39,455 nt of DNA from a virus, in IMG/VR virus record IMGVR_UViG_3300027719_000014; one strand, written 5' to 3'. The position numbers were made by a program, and so were the translations under genes. Below the pieces are notes generated by a model. That model was not told the DNA's origin. It did not search any database and saw only the letters and a list, made by a program, of their open reading frames with translations. Within the stretch, counting starts at the first letter, position 1, and each line of letters opens with the position of its first letter. Shown here piece by piece: positions 24,780-33,029 of this stretch.

Positions 24780-25013
24780 CAGCTACGGCTGGCGTAAAGC
24801 GGAACCCGGCTCCACGGTGGTGGGAGTGGCCTTACTGGTTTCATCTTCGCTCCCACCACCAAAGATAATCCGCCGACTGTGGCGGACGGAAGAAGCGGTT
24901 ACCCACGAAGCATCGGGAACGCCGGACGCAACCGGCACGACGATGGCGGTAAAGCAATGACCGCTTATAAGGATAACTGGCGTACACAGAAGCATTGTAC
25001 GGCCGCCATCGTC
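24780..25013 (+). ncRNA. Candidate structured RNA / long 5' leader (GC-rich island between the divergent early operons)
   Basis: Perfect 11-bp helices at 24816-24826/24850-24860 and 24939-24949/25003-25013. UACG-capped hairpin at 24780-24791; further hairpins at 24869-24886, 24921-24936 and 24981-25001. No RBS-preceded ORF. Confidence 0.35.
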
Positions 25014-25058
25014 CCACTAAGCAGCACAATTACTATCAAAAGCTATCAGGAGGAAAAT

Positions 25059-25295
25059 ATGCAAATTTGCCAGAGTGACACTAATCCGAATACCTGGCTT
25101 GCGGTCGTTCGCCCAGGCGAGGAGCTTGTTGTCGCGTTCGAAGGCCGTGACGGTCGCGTAGTTACAGACTTCCGCAACGGCGAAGCCAAGTGCACGACAT
25201 TTGGTGACAGCCGGTTAGACATGGACGCGAACGAGATCACGACTTTCTTCAACTATCCGATTGAGGCTGAATTTCAGGAGAAGGTGACGGCATGA
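25059..25295 (+). CDS. Hypothetical protein (78 aa), first gene of the rightward early operon
   Basis: AGGAGG at 25048-25053, 5 nt before the ATG. The track's longer GTG-started version (24879) runs through the structured island. Confidence 0.65.
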   Translation: MQICQSDTNPNTWLAVVRPGEELVVAFEGRDGRVVTDFRNGEAKCTTFGDSRLDMDANEITTFFNYPIEAEFQEKVTA

Positions 25296-25420
25296 CAGAC
25301 AAATCCGCTGATCCCAGCATAGAACGATTTCCGGTCTATTTTGACGGAGCAGGCGACAAGGGAAACAAGTGGGATCAATTCGATTATGTAGTTTGGATTT
25401 CCAGGAAGGTGACGGCATGA
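25292..25420 (+). CDS. Possible small protein (42 aa)
   Basis: ATGA overlaps at both ends; RBS GGAGAAGGTGA; below the track cut-off. Confidence 0.4.
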   Translation: MTDKSADPSIERFPVYFDGAGDKGNKWDQFDYVVWISRKVTA

Positions 25421-25929
25421 TCAACGCCAAAATTGATTATAAGAAGAACGAGAAGTTTGACAACTTATACACACCAGAACGGGCGGTAAAGCCATTATTG
25501 AACTATGTACACACCGGTTTGAAAATTTGGGAATGCTGCGATCACACCGGCGATAGCAACATATCAAAAGTGTTACGAGATTACGGGTGCGAGGTTATTA
25601 CAAGTGACATTAGATCTGGCTTTGACTTCCTGACGGATACTCAAACGCAGGACTTTGACATTATCGTCACCAACCCGCCATATTCGCTCAAGGATAAATT
25701 TCTACAGCGATGCTATGAATACGGAAAACCGTTCGCGCTACTTTTGCCGCTGACCGCGCTTGAGGGTATTCAGCGGTCAAAGATGTTTCAGAAGTATGGA
25801 ATATCAGTTATCGTCTTGGATCGCCGTATAGACTTCACCGGTAAGAAAGCGTGCTGGTTCAATGTTTCATGGTTTACTCATGGAATAGTTGGAGATTATC
25901 AACTTTATTTTGAAGAGGTATTCGCATGA
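25417..25929 (+). CDS. DNA N6-adenine methyltransferase (small NPPY-type)
   Basis: IIVTNPPYS (motif IV) and IWECCDHTGDSNI (AdoMet-binding-like). The start is taken at the ATGA overlap (MINAKIDY...). Confidence 0.6.
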   Translation: MINAKIDYKKNEKFDNLYTPERAVKPLLNYVHTGLKIWECCDHTGDSNISKVLRDYGCEVITSDIRSGFDFLTDTQTQDFDIIVTNPPYSLKDKFLQRCYEYGKPFALLLPLTALEGIQRSKMFQKYGISVIVLDRRIDFTGKKACWFNVSWFTHGIVGDYQLYFEEVFA

Positions 25930-26540
25930 AAGTGCTCGTTGCGTGTGAGTACTCTGGAATCGTTCGTGACGCCTTTATCGCGCATGGTCACGACGCTATG
26001 AGTTGCGACCTGCTGCCAACGGAGCGACCCGGCCCACATTACCAGGGTGACGTAATGGACATTATCAACGACGGATGGGATCTGATGATCGGACATCCGC
26101 CATGCACGTATTTGAGTTACGCCGGCATAGCACACTGGAACAAACCCGGCAGACTACAGAAACGCCTTGATGCCTTGAATTTCTTCGCAATGTTGTGGTT
26201 GGCTCCAATAGATAAAATCTGTCTTGAGAATCCGAAAGGATGTGCAAGCCCGACAATCGCAAAATATACGCAGGAAATCCAACCATATTATTTTGGTGAT
26301 AGACAATTCAAAACTACCTGGCTATGGTTGAAAAATTTACCGCCATTGGTTCATTCTCGATGCGATACATTTTTCGAAACTCAAACGCACACAGAGAGGC
26401 CGGAACCAATATCCGTTGATGATACCGAACGGAAGAAAAAGAGATATTTCACGGATGCTCATACGCGCGATCCATACGAACGCGCAAAGACCTTCCCCGG
26501 AATCGCGGAAGCAATGGCGTCTCAATGGTCGCTGCTATGA
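25926..26540 (+). CDS. Short C5-cytosine-methyltransferase-like protein
   Basis: VLVACEYSG (motif I-like), IGHPPCTYLSYAG (PC catalytic motif IV-like) and CLENPKG (ENV-like). At 204 aa it lacks a normal target-recognition domain. Confidence 0.45.
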   Translation: MKVLVACEYSGIVRDAFIAHGHDAMSCDLLPTERPGPHYQGDVMDIINDGWDLMIGHPPCTYLSYAGIAHWNKPGRLQKRLDALNFFAMLWLAPIDKICLENPKGCASPTIAKYTQEIQPYYFGDRQFKTTWLWLKNLPPLVHSRCDTFFETQTHTERPEPISVDDTERKKKRYFTDAHTRDPYERAKTFPGIAEAMASQWSLL

Positions 26541-26638
26541 AATTCACCCGATCCCGCACGACGTGGCCTGAGTACGCGCTATACGCCATGATAATTATTT
26601 ACGTGATTTTTACGGCAGTTTCTATCATTTTCGGATAA
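26537..26638 (+). CDS. Possible small membrane protein (33 aa)
   Basis: ATGA overlap with the upstream gene; hydrophobic YALYAMIIIYVIFTAVSIIF; no independent RBS. Confidence 0.35.
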   Translation: MKFTRSRTTWPEYALYAMIIIYVIFTAVSIIFG

Positions 26639-26642
26639 GGTG

Positions 26643-26651
26643 TGCTATACT
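26643..26651 (+). promoter_or_regulatory. Candidate extended -10 promoter (TGcTATACT)
   Basis: TGn + TATACT in the 136-nt gap upstream of the 26775 methyltransferase gene. Confidence 0.35.
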
Positions 26652-26774
26652 GTAAACGTCACAGGAAGTAGTTTTTTTATCAGCCAATAACCTAATGAAT
26701 TACTCCCGCGCGAACTGCTTTCCTGTGACAAGAAAAGTTGCTGACGCCGGGAGTTTTCTTATCTAAGGATCATT

Positions 26775-27710
26775 ATGACAGCAAAGCTAATGCAAGGTGA
26801 CTGCTTACAAGTTTTGAGGACGCTTGATGATAAATCAGTAAACTGTATCGTCACATCACCGCCATACTACGGACTACGCGATTATGGTGTAGCTGGCCAG
26901 ATCGGACTAGAACCTACACCCGATGAGTACACCGCGAAGCTCGTAGAGGTATTTCACGAGGCAAGGCGGGTACTGCGCTACACCGGTACACTCTGGTTAA
27001 ATTTGGGCGATAGTTATGCTGGTTCGTCTGGGTCAAAAAATGGCAATCTAAAGCCCAAAGACCTTATTGGCATTCCCTGGCGCGTGGCATTCGCATTACA
27101 GGCGGATGGTTTTTATCTGCGCTCTGACATTATTTGGGCGAAACCTAATCCAATGCCGGAAAGCGTAACCGACCGCCCTACAAAAAGCCATGAGTATATT
27201 TTCTTGCTGTCAAAATCGGAGCGGTATTACTACGACAACGAAGCGATAAAAGAGCCGTGCGTTTGGTCCTCAGTTGAACGTCTCGGACAGAATATCGAAA
27301 AACAAAATGGATCGTCGCGTGTTCCAGGTAAATCCAACGGGAATATGAAAGCCGTTTGTTCTGGCAAAGATTGGAATCCGTCAATGGCGGGCGGTGCGGT
27401 TGGAATAGAAAACCGAAAACATCTACCGTATCCGATGGCAAATAAGCGCGACGTATGGACTGTAACCACAAAGCCGTATAAAGAAGCACACTTTGCAACA
27501 TTTCCGCCAGATCTGATTGAGCCGTGTATTCTGGCAGGTTGTCCGGTTGGCGGAACCGTGCTCGACCCATTCAATGGGTCCGGAACGACGGGGGCAGTAT
27601 CCATCAAACATCACCGGAATTACATTGGGATTGAACTTAACGAAAAGTACATAAAGTTATCAGAACGAAGATTCGGCAAAGTACAGCCAACGCTAGTCGA
27701 GGTGGAATAA
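26775..27710 (+). CDS. DNA methyltransferase, N4-cytosine/N6-adenine beta class (N6_N4_Mtase family)
   Basis: IVTSPPYYGLRDYG (SPPY motif IV) is N-terminal and VLDPFNGSGTTG (motif I) is C-terminal, which is the beta-class order. Typical IIWAKPNPMPES block. Confidence 0.8.
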   Translation: MTAKLMQGDCLQVLRTLDDKSVNCIVTSPPYYGLRDYGVAGQIGLEPTPDEYTAKLVEVFHEARRVLRYTGTLWLNLGDSYAGSSGSKNGNLKPKDLIGIPWRVAFALQADGFYLRSDIIWAKPNPMPESVTDRPTKSHEYIFLLSKSERYYYDNEAIKEPCVWSSVERLGQNIEKQNGSSRVPGKSNGNMKAVCSGKDWNPSMAGGAVGIENRKHLPYPMANKRDVWTVTTKPYKEAHFATFPPDLIEPCILAGCPVGGTVLDPFNGSGTTGAVSIKHHRNYIGIELNEKYIKLSERRFGKVQPTLVEVE

Positions 27711-28567
27711 TGGCCGGTTATCGCCAGGTTCACACGCAGTTTTGGAAAGACGAATACATTATCGAACTTGAACCGCTTGAGCGATATTTGTATCTATACT
27801 TCTTCACGAATGAGTTATCATCAATATCCGGAATATACAAACTTCCTCTCAAGGTTATCGTCAATGAAACCGGATTAGAAAAAGTATTTGTGCAGGAAGC
27901 CATAGCCAAGTTTCAGAATGATAAAAAGATAGCTTACGGCGATTCGGTGGTGTGGGTTGTGAACATGGAAAAGTATCACCACAACGCCAGCGACCGGACG
28001 CAAAAGAAAGTGACGGCGGACGTTGATCTTATCTCTGATTGTGGCGTAAAGAGGATGTATCTATACCATAAAGAAACCGGAATATACAGTATCGATACAG
28101 TATCTATACCATGCACACAAAGAGAAAGCAAAAAAGAAATCGAAAGCGAAAAACCATCGCCTGACGGCGAGAAAGTGGAGGATGATTTGAGAACAGCAGA
28201 CGATATTCGCAGAGGCATTGCAGAACGAGCAGCAGCTAAAGCACAGGCCGATCAATTCAAGCCTGCTCAGGTTGCGGACGTATTCGAGAAATGGCCGGTG
28301 GACGTTATCGACTTCTGCCGCGAGTTCTCGCGCATCCGCGGGATCAAGCCAACTGTGTCACAGAAAACAGATTGGATACAGGGTGCGCGTGAGTGCATCG
28401 GGCTGAATATGCGACCGCCGGATATAAACGGTGTGGTGCACTGGATGGTAGACAAAGAGCGCGATTGTCCGCGCCCAGGATCGCTAATCAAAGCGTGGCA
28501 GGAAATATCAGCGAAAAAGCCAGCGCAACCGGCACAACAAGAACGACCGGTACAAAGGAGAGCGTGA
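27710..28567 (+). CDS. Replication initiation / replisome-organiser-like protein
   Basis: The N-terminus (HTQFWKDEYIIELEPLERYLYLYFFTNELSSISGIYKLPLKVI) matches the pattern of phage replisome-organiser/DnaD-like N-domains. It lies upstream of the helicase. Confidence 0.5.
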   Translation: MAGYRQVHTQFWKDEYIIELEPLERYLYLYFFTNELSSISGIYKLPLKVIVNETGLEKVFVQEAIAKFQNDKKIAYGDSVVWVVNMEKYHHNASDRTQKKVTADVDLISDCGVKRMYLYHKETGIYSIDTVSIPCTQRESKKEIESEKPSPDGEKVEDDLRTADDIRRGIAERAAAKAQADQFKPAQVADVFEKWPVDVIDFCREFSRIRGIKPTVSQKTDWIQGARECIGLNMRPPDINGVVHWMVDKERDCPRPGSLIKAWQEISAKKPAQPAQQERPVQRRA

Positions 28568-28568
28568 G

Positions 28569-29405
28569 ATGGGCGAAAAAACTGGAATTGCATGGACAGA
28601 TCACAGCTTCAATCCGTGGGTTGGATGTACTAAAGTATCAGCCGGATGCGCGAATTGCTACGCAGAACGAGAAAACGCCCGTTTTGGGTGGAATAAGAAC
28701 GGTTGGGGCGATAACGCTCCACGCATCCGCACGAGTGAAAACAACTGGAAGCAGCCTATCAAATGGGCGAAGCAAGCGGTCAAGGATGGTGTTACCCGGC
28801 GCGTGTTCTGCGCGAGCCTGGCAGACGTGTTTGATCCGCTCGTACCGGCAGAGTGGCGCACCGATCTGTGGAGCCTGATGCTGGAGTGTGGCGAATGGCA
28901 TGGCGGCCTCGAATGGCTGATCCTGACAAAGCGGCCAGAGAACATATTCCAGATGTTGCCGCTGAATTGGCAAGCGGAACCGCCTGATTACGTGCGTATT
29001 GGCGTGACGGTTGAAAATAAATACTCGCTAAAGCGTGTAGATAAACTATTGTCAGTTTGGCAAGGAAAGAACTTTGTAAGCTACGAGCCAGCGCTTGCGC
29101 GTGTTGATTTTAGTTATCACCTAGACGGTTGCCCAGTAAGTGATAAGGTTTCAGATTTTGGTTCCAGCCACGACTATATTATGGTCCCTACAACCAATCA
29201 AATCGGCTGGATGATCTGTGGTTGCGAAAGCGGCCCAGGCGCTCGACCGATGAATCCTGATTGGGCGCGATCCGTTCTGGATAAGTGTATCGCCGCCGAT
29301 GTTCCTTTCCTGCTAAAACAAATGGTCATTGACGGTAAACTTGTACGAGAGCCAGAGCTTGACGGCAAACAGTGGTTACAATTTCCAAAGGAGAGCGTGA
29401 GATGA
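28569..29405 (+). CDS. Phage Gp37/Gp68 family protein (DUF5131)
   Basis: The hallmark N-terminus TGIAWTDHSFNPWVGCTKVSAGCANCYAE and the later CASLADVFD and GCESGPGARPM blocks. Confidence 0.8.
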   Translation: MGEKTGIAWTDHSFNPWVGCTKVSAGCANCYAERENARFGWNKNGWGDNAPRIRTSENNWKQPIKWAKQAVKDGVTRRVFCASLADVFDPLVPAEWRTDLWSLMLECGEWHGGLEWLILTKRPENIFQMLPLNWQAEPPDYVRIGVTVENKYSLKRVDKLLSVWQGKNFVSYEPALARVDFSYHLDGCPVSDKVSDFGSSHDYIMVPTTNQIGWMICGCESGPGARPMNPDWARSVLDKCIAADVPFLLKQMVIDGKLVREPELDGKQWLQFPKESVR

Positions 29406-29824
29406 AAGTAAAAATTTTGCACACGGATTATCCGGACACGATAAAAATCGGCGATATTAAAGATGCGGTAAGCGATGGTGTCAAATTTTTGGTAGACCAC
29501 GTTTATTCTAATGGTGGTAGAAATGTTCTCATGTTTAATCCGGACGAAGTAGAAGTTTTGTCAGATCAGCAACCCGACCCGCAGCCAGAACCGGCGCAGT
29601 CAGACTGGATGGCGGTGAGCGAATGTCACTATGTAAATTTAGTCTCGAAGCTGACCGTGTGGTTTGGCGAAAGACGGCTTTTATGCGACGACGGCGGTTC
29701 GAAGTTGACACACATTTGCGAGATTTATTCAGATCCAGACGTCACTACTTGCAATACGTGCGCTACCGGCACCTACGCCGACGCATGGGCGAAACTTGTG
29801 GGCCACACATGGGAGGTGAAATAA
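29402..29824 (+). CDS. Hypothetical protein (140 aa)
   Basis: Start at the ATGA overlap (MKVKILH...); no motif recognised. Confidence 0.6.
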   Translation: MKVKILHTDYPDTIKIGDIKDAVSDGVKFLVDHVYSNGGRNVLMFNPDEVEVLSDQQPDPQPEPAQSDWMAVSECHYVNLVSKLTVWFGERRLLCDDGGSKLTHICEIYSDPDVTTCNTCATGTYADAWAKLVGHTWEVK

Positions 29825-30030
29825 TGGCTATAAGTTTTGACGGAATACCGTGTCCTAAGTGCGGCCGCAAAGGATTGCATTTGCGAGCACATCCACACGC
29901 CACTGGTTTCCACGATGTTACAAAGGCAGAGTGTCGTTTTTGCCATGAGATATTTAACAATAACGACACTATGGATCAATACGTGCACAAGGTTCGCCTG
30001 GATGATTGCAACAAAATGGAGGTGAAATGA
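29824..30030 (+). CDS. Small zinc-ribbon protein (68 aa)
   Basis: GGAGGTGAAAT RBS; CPKC...CRFC. Confidence 0.6.
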   Translation: MAISFDGIPCPKCGRKGLHLRAHPHATGFHDVTKAECRFCHEIFNNNDTMDQYVHKVRLDDCNKMEVK

Positions 30031-30398
30031 TGGAACCGAAAGAAATGGGTAGCAAGCAATTAGTGTTTGAGTTTAGAGAGGCTTGTTATGGGCTTGACAT
30101 AACAGAGGATAAAAACATCGAAACCGAACTCCTCTTGCGCCTATCCGAACGCGACGCGCTGAATGCAGAAAACGCCGCGCTGAAAGAGGCTGCGCGGTGG
30201 ATCGACATTGAGGATACGTTGCCGGAATTAGGTCAAGAAGTCTTGGCGTATGGTGAATACGGAATTGATATTTATTTATTCGATGTTGAACATGGAATAT
30301 ATGGTCTTCCGGGGCACTTTATTAAGGGAGATTGCTGCTACTGTGATGATCTTGCATACTGGATGCCTTTACCGCAACCGCCGGAGGTGACGAAATGA
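30027..30398 (+). CDS. DUF551-like phage protein
   Basis: GGAGGTGAAAT RBS. The C-terminal YWMPLPQPPE hallmark and preceding WIDIEDTLPELGQEVLAY are typical of DUF551. Confidence 0.6.
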   Translation: MMEPKEMGSKQLVFEFREACYGLDITEDKNIETELLLRLSERDALNAENAALKEAARWIDIEDTLPELGQEVLAYGEYGIDIYLFDVEHGIYGLPGHFIKGDCCYCDDLAYWMPLPQPPEVTK

Positions 30399-30820
30399 AA
30401 GCTCGATACATTGGCAATCCTAATCTGACCGTTGGCAAGGTGTACGAGGTCAATGTTGATCCAGACAACAAATACCTATACGATTTACTTCCAGACGGCG
30501 AAGGTAATTGTTTGACGTGTGTCTCAATGGATCACTTCGAGATAATTCCAGAGGAGCCAGAATATCACTGGTGCGTGTGCGTCAGCGATGTAATTATTCT
30601 TCCTCAAAACTACAAATATAAAAAAGGCGATGTATTAGAAATAAAATATCCAACTAGCGGTTTTCCGTATATTTACGACGAAAAAGCCAATAGCAAATAT
30701 GGCAATGGTTCTGGCGTGGTATGTTTTATAAACAGCGAGATTTGCAGAAATAGATTCCGTCTCCTGACCGATGCGGAGTACGCCGAACTTGCCGCGCAAC
30801 CTGACGAATGGATGGTGTAG
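30395..30820 (+). CDS. Hypothetical protein (141 aa)
   Basis: ATGA overlap with the upstream gene; GGAGGTGA RBS. Confidence 0.6.
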   Translation: MKARYIGNPNLTVGKVYEVNVDPDNKYLYDLLPDGEGNCLTCVSMDHFEIIPEEPEYHWCVCVSDVIILPQNYKYKKGDVLEIKYPTSGFPYIYDEKANSKYGNGSGVVCFINSEICRNRFRLLTDAEYAELAAQPDEWMV

Positions 30821-30828
30821 CAAAGCGC

Positions 30829-30849
30829 AAACTTAAGACGAATGTCACT
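30829..30849 (+). repeat. 21-nt element aaacttaagacgaatgtcact, inverted copy of 24687-24707
   Basis: Exact match to the reverse complement of 24687-24707. It is followed by TATACT (30850-30855) and lies 50 nt upstream of the 30899 start. Confidence 0.9.
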
Positions 30850-30898
30850 ATACTTTGTCGGCGATAGTCGTCATAATTAAAGTAAATCGGAGGATAAA

Positions 30899-31198
30899 AT
30901 GAGCGAAGAATTGAAACCATGTCCGTTTTGCAACGATGCATTATCTGTAGACTGTGTATGCGAGGGAACCGACTTGATGGCTATGTCGAGAGAGGCATGG
31001 AACACTCGCCCTATTGAAGATGCCTTATCCGCACAAGTTGCAGAACTGACCGCGAAGGTCGAGCGCATGACGGCGCTGCTGAAACGGTTGGAGTGGAATG
31101 GAGATCCCTGGATTGATGACTACTGTTACGTGTGCCACAAGCTGAAATCGTTCGGGCATACCGATGAATGCGAACTCGGAAAGGAACTGAGGCCGTGA
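30899..31198 (+). CDS. Lar-like (restriction-alleviation family) zinc-ribbon protein with C-terminal LEW-CxxC-H..C module
   Basis: GGAGGA RBS. N-terminal ELKPCPFC...REAWNTRP resembles the Lar family signature. C-terminus LKRLEWNGD...CYVCHKLKSFGHTDECELGKEL. Confidence 0.5.
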   Translation: MSEELKPCPFCNDALSVDCVCEGTDLMAMSREAWNTRPIEDALSAQVAELTAKVERMTALLKRLEWNGDPWIDDYCYVCHKLKSFGHTDECELGKELRP

Positions 31199-32535
31199 CC
31201 GACCCCATCCTGCCGCATAACCGCGAGGCCGAAGAATCGCTGCTCGGGTCGATATTGATCGCGCCGGAGAAGATGTCCGAGGTTGTCAATGTTGTATCAG
31301 CGGACGACTTTTTCATTCACAGCAACCGGTACGTTTGGGAATCGTTCTTGCGGCTAAACGACAAGCGGATAAACATTGACATCGTTACCGTCTCAAGCGA
31401 CATGCAGAACAACGGTAAGCTGATGGAATGCGGCGGTCAATCGTACATAACGATGCTTTCAAATCGCGTCCCATCAGCTCTGAATGCGGACGAATATGCT
31501 GGTATAGTGGCTGGTGACGGAATGCGGCGCCGGGTGATTGCAGCTCTTGGCGAAGCGGCTCGGAAAGCCTACGATCTCACGAACGAATTTGACACCGGAG
31601 AGTTAATGACCGAGTTGTCACAGATGCAAAAGGTAACATCGCGCCGGACGTTGCGGGAGAACGTCGAGGAGTGGGAAAAGCAATACGCAGAATGGATACT
31701 CAACCCGCGTGAAATCTCAGGCATATCGACCGGGCTAACTAACCTTGATGCAATGACCGAGGGATTAGAGATTGGTACATCCACCCTGCTCGTTGGGATG
31801 CCAGGATTGGGTAAATCAACTCTTGCGGATCAAATAGCGTTCAGTATGGCAGGCAGGGGCATTCAATCAATAATCTACACCCTGGAAATATCAGATGTAA
31901 TGATCCTGAACCGGTATATTAGTTTGAAGTCGGGCGTCAAGGCATTTTACATCAAACGCGGTCAGGTAAGCTATGATGAACAGGTCAAGATAGAACAGGT
32001 CAAGAATGAATTCCTTGAAGGTAAATATGCACTGGCTATCGTTCCTGATCCAAAACTTACGACACAGAAAATACGCTCCGATATTCTACGGCGTAGGATG
32101 GACGGTGAGGATGTAAAATTTATCGTAGTGGATTACAGCAAGAAACTGCGCGATCCTTCCTTGCGAGGCGAAGAAGAACTCGACCGCCAGGCGCGGGCAA
32201 TAAATAATATCGTTATCATCGCACAGGAATTGAAGGTAGCGGCACTCATTGTCCACACGCTGAACAAAAATAAAGACGTTGCCGGGCGCATGGACGCGCA
32301 GTATGATCCAGACAACATCCTGATTATGACATCCGCCGGCGACGATCCACGAGATAAAAGCCGGGTAAAATTGGAGGCAGAAAAACTGCGAGACGTATCT
32401 ACCGCTACTTTTTGCGCGTATCTGAAACACGATCCAGACTTCCCGTTTTTTCACGAGGACGAGGCGAAGTCATCCGGTGTCGAGCAGACGCGGCAGATAT
32501 TGGGCAGGACGTACCAACCAGAGATGGAGGATTGA
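31195..32535 (+). CDS. dnaB: Replicative DNA helicase, DnaB-like
   Basis: The N-terminus LPHNREAEESLLGSILI...DFF...NRYVWESF is the DnaB N-domain signature. Walker A GMPGLGKST. GTGA overlap start at 31195. Confidence 0.85.
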   Translation: MTDPILPHNREAEESLLGSILIAPEKMSEVVNVVSADDFFIHSNRYVWESFLRLNDKRINIDIVTVSSDMQNNGKLMECGGQSYITMLSNRVPSALNADEYAGIVAGDGMRRRVIAALGEAARKAYDLTNEFDTGELMTELSQMQKVTSRRTLRENVEEWEKQYAEWILNPREISGISTGLTNLDAMTEGLEIGTSTLLVGMPGLGKSTLADQIAFSMAGRGIQSIIYTLEISDVMILNRYISLKSGVKAFYIKRGQVSYDEQVKIEQVKNEFLEGKYALAIVPDPKLTTQKIRSDILRRRMDGEDVKFIVVDYSKKLRDPSLRGEEELDRQARAINNIVIIAQELKVAALIVHTLNKNKDVAGRMDAQYDPDNILIMTSAGDDPRDKSRVKLEAEKLRDVSTATFCAYLKHDPDFPFFHEDEAKSSGVEQTRQILGRTYQPEMED

Positions 32536-32538
32536 CGA

Positions 32539-32715
32539 ATGAAATTGCTTATAGGAATGCTCGGTATTGTTGTCATCGTTGCCGCGTTTTGGCTGTGGTC
32601 AATGGGTCGAATGGCCGCGCGTGGAGATGAGATGAATCGCAAGATACAAGATCAGCTTGACATGGAGCGCGAGGAAGATCCCTACTACGTGGAGATAAAA
32701 GACGATGAGAGCTAA
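32539..32715 (+). CDS. Possible small membrane protein (58 aa)
   Basis: GGAGGA RBS; N-terminal TM segment LLIGMLGIVVIVAAFWLW and an acidic tail; below the track cut-off. Confidence 0.5.
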   Translation: MKLLIGMLGIVVIVAAFWLWSMGRMAARGDEMNRKIQDQLDMEREEDPYYVEIKDDES

Positions 32716-33019
32716 ACGCAAGGATGGAAACCAGCGAGACATCGAAGAGGCGCTGACCAAAGCCGGGTACTACTGGTTTGACACGCACGATCTTGGCAAT
32801 GGCTTTCCAGATATGGTGGCGGTCAGTAAGTCGTGCGTCACCGTCCTATTCGAGGTGAAGATGCCTGGAGAAAAACTGACACCGGCGGAAATACGCTTCT
32901 TTGAAAATTTTACCGGTGCGCTTTATATCGTAAATTGCGCAGATCAAGCACTAAAAATACTATCAAAGTATGACGCCGGTGTGGTTTACAACACACTTGC
33001 AGATGCGTTCGGAATATAA
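32705..33019 (+). CDS. VRR-NUC / PD-(D/E)xK nuclease (Holliday-junction-resolvase-like)
   Basis: GFPDMVAV...VLFEVKMPGEKLTPAEIRFF matches the PD...E-x-K catalytic pattern and the VRR-NUC layout. Confidence 0.6.
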   Translation: MRAKRKDGNQRDIEEALTKAGYYWFDTHDLGNGFPDMVAVSKSCVTVLFEVKMPGEKLTPAEIRFFENFTGALYIVNCADQALKILSKYDAGVVYNTLADAFGI

Positions 33020-33029
33020 CGGAGTAGCC

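Noticed and set aside
24652-24995. ORFs 24652..24960(+), 24783..24995(-), 24841..25029(-) and the GTG-extended 24879..25295(+)
   Set aside because: None has an RBS. They overlap each other inside the hairpin-dense GC island, and their translations are low-complexity (Arg/Gly/Pro-rich). The AGGAGG-ATG at 25059 is a far better start for the downstream gene.
24740-25058. Known riboswitch class (FMN, cobalamin or ZTP) in the GC-rich island
   Set aside because: Some short strings look superficially similar: GCCGACUGU...GGACGGAAGAAG versus the FMN 3' end, and GGCUGGCG versus the ZTP GACUGGCG. The defining cores are absent, namely GGGCAGGGUGAAAUUCCC for FMN, the B12 box for cobalamin and CCGCCUGGGC for ZTP.
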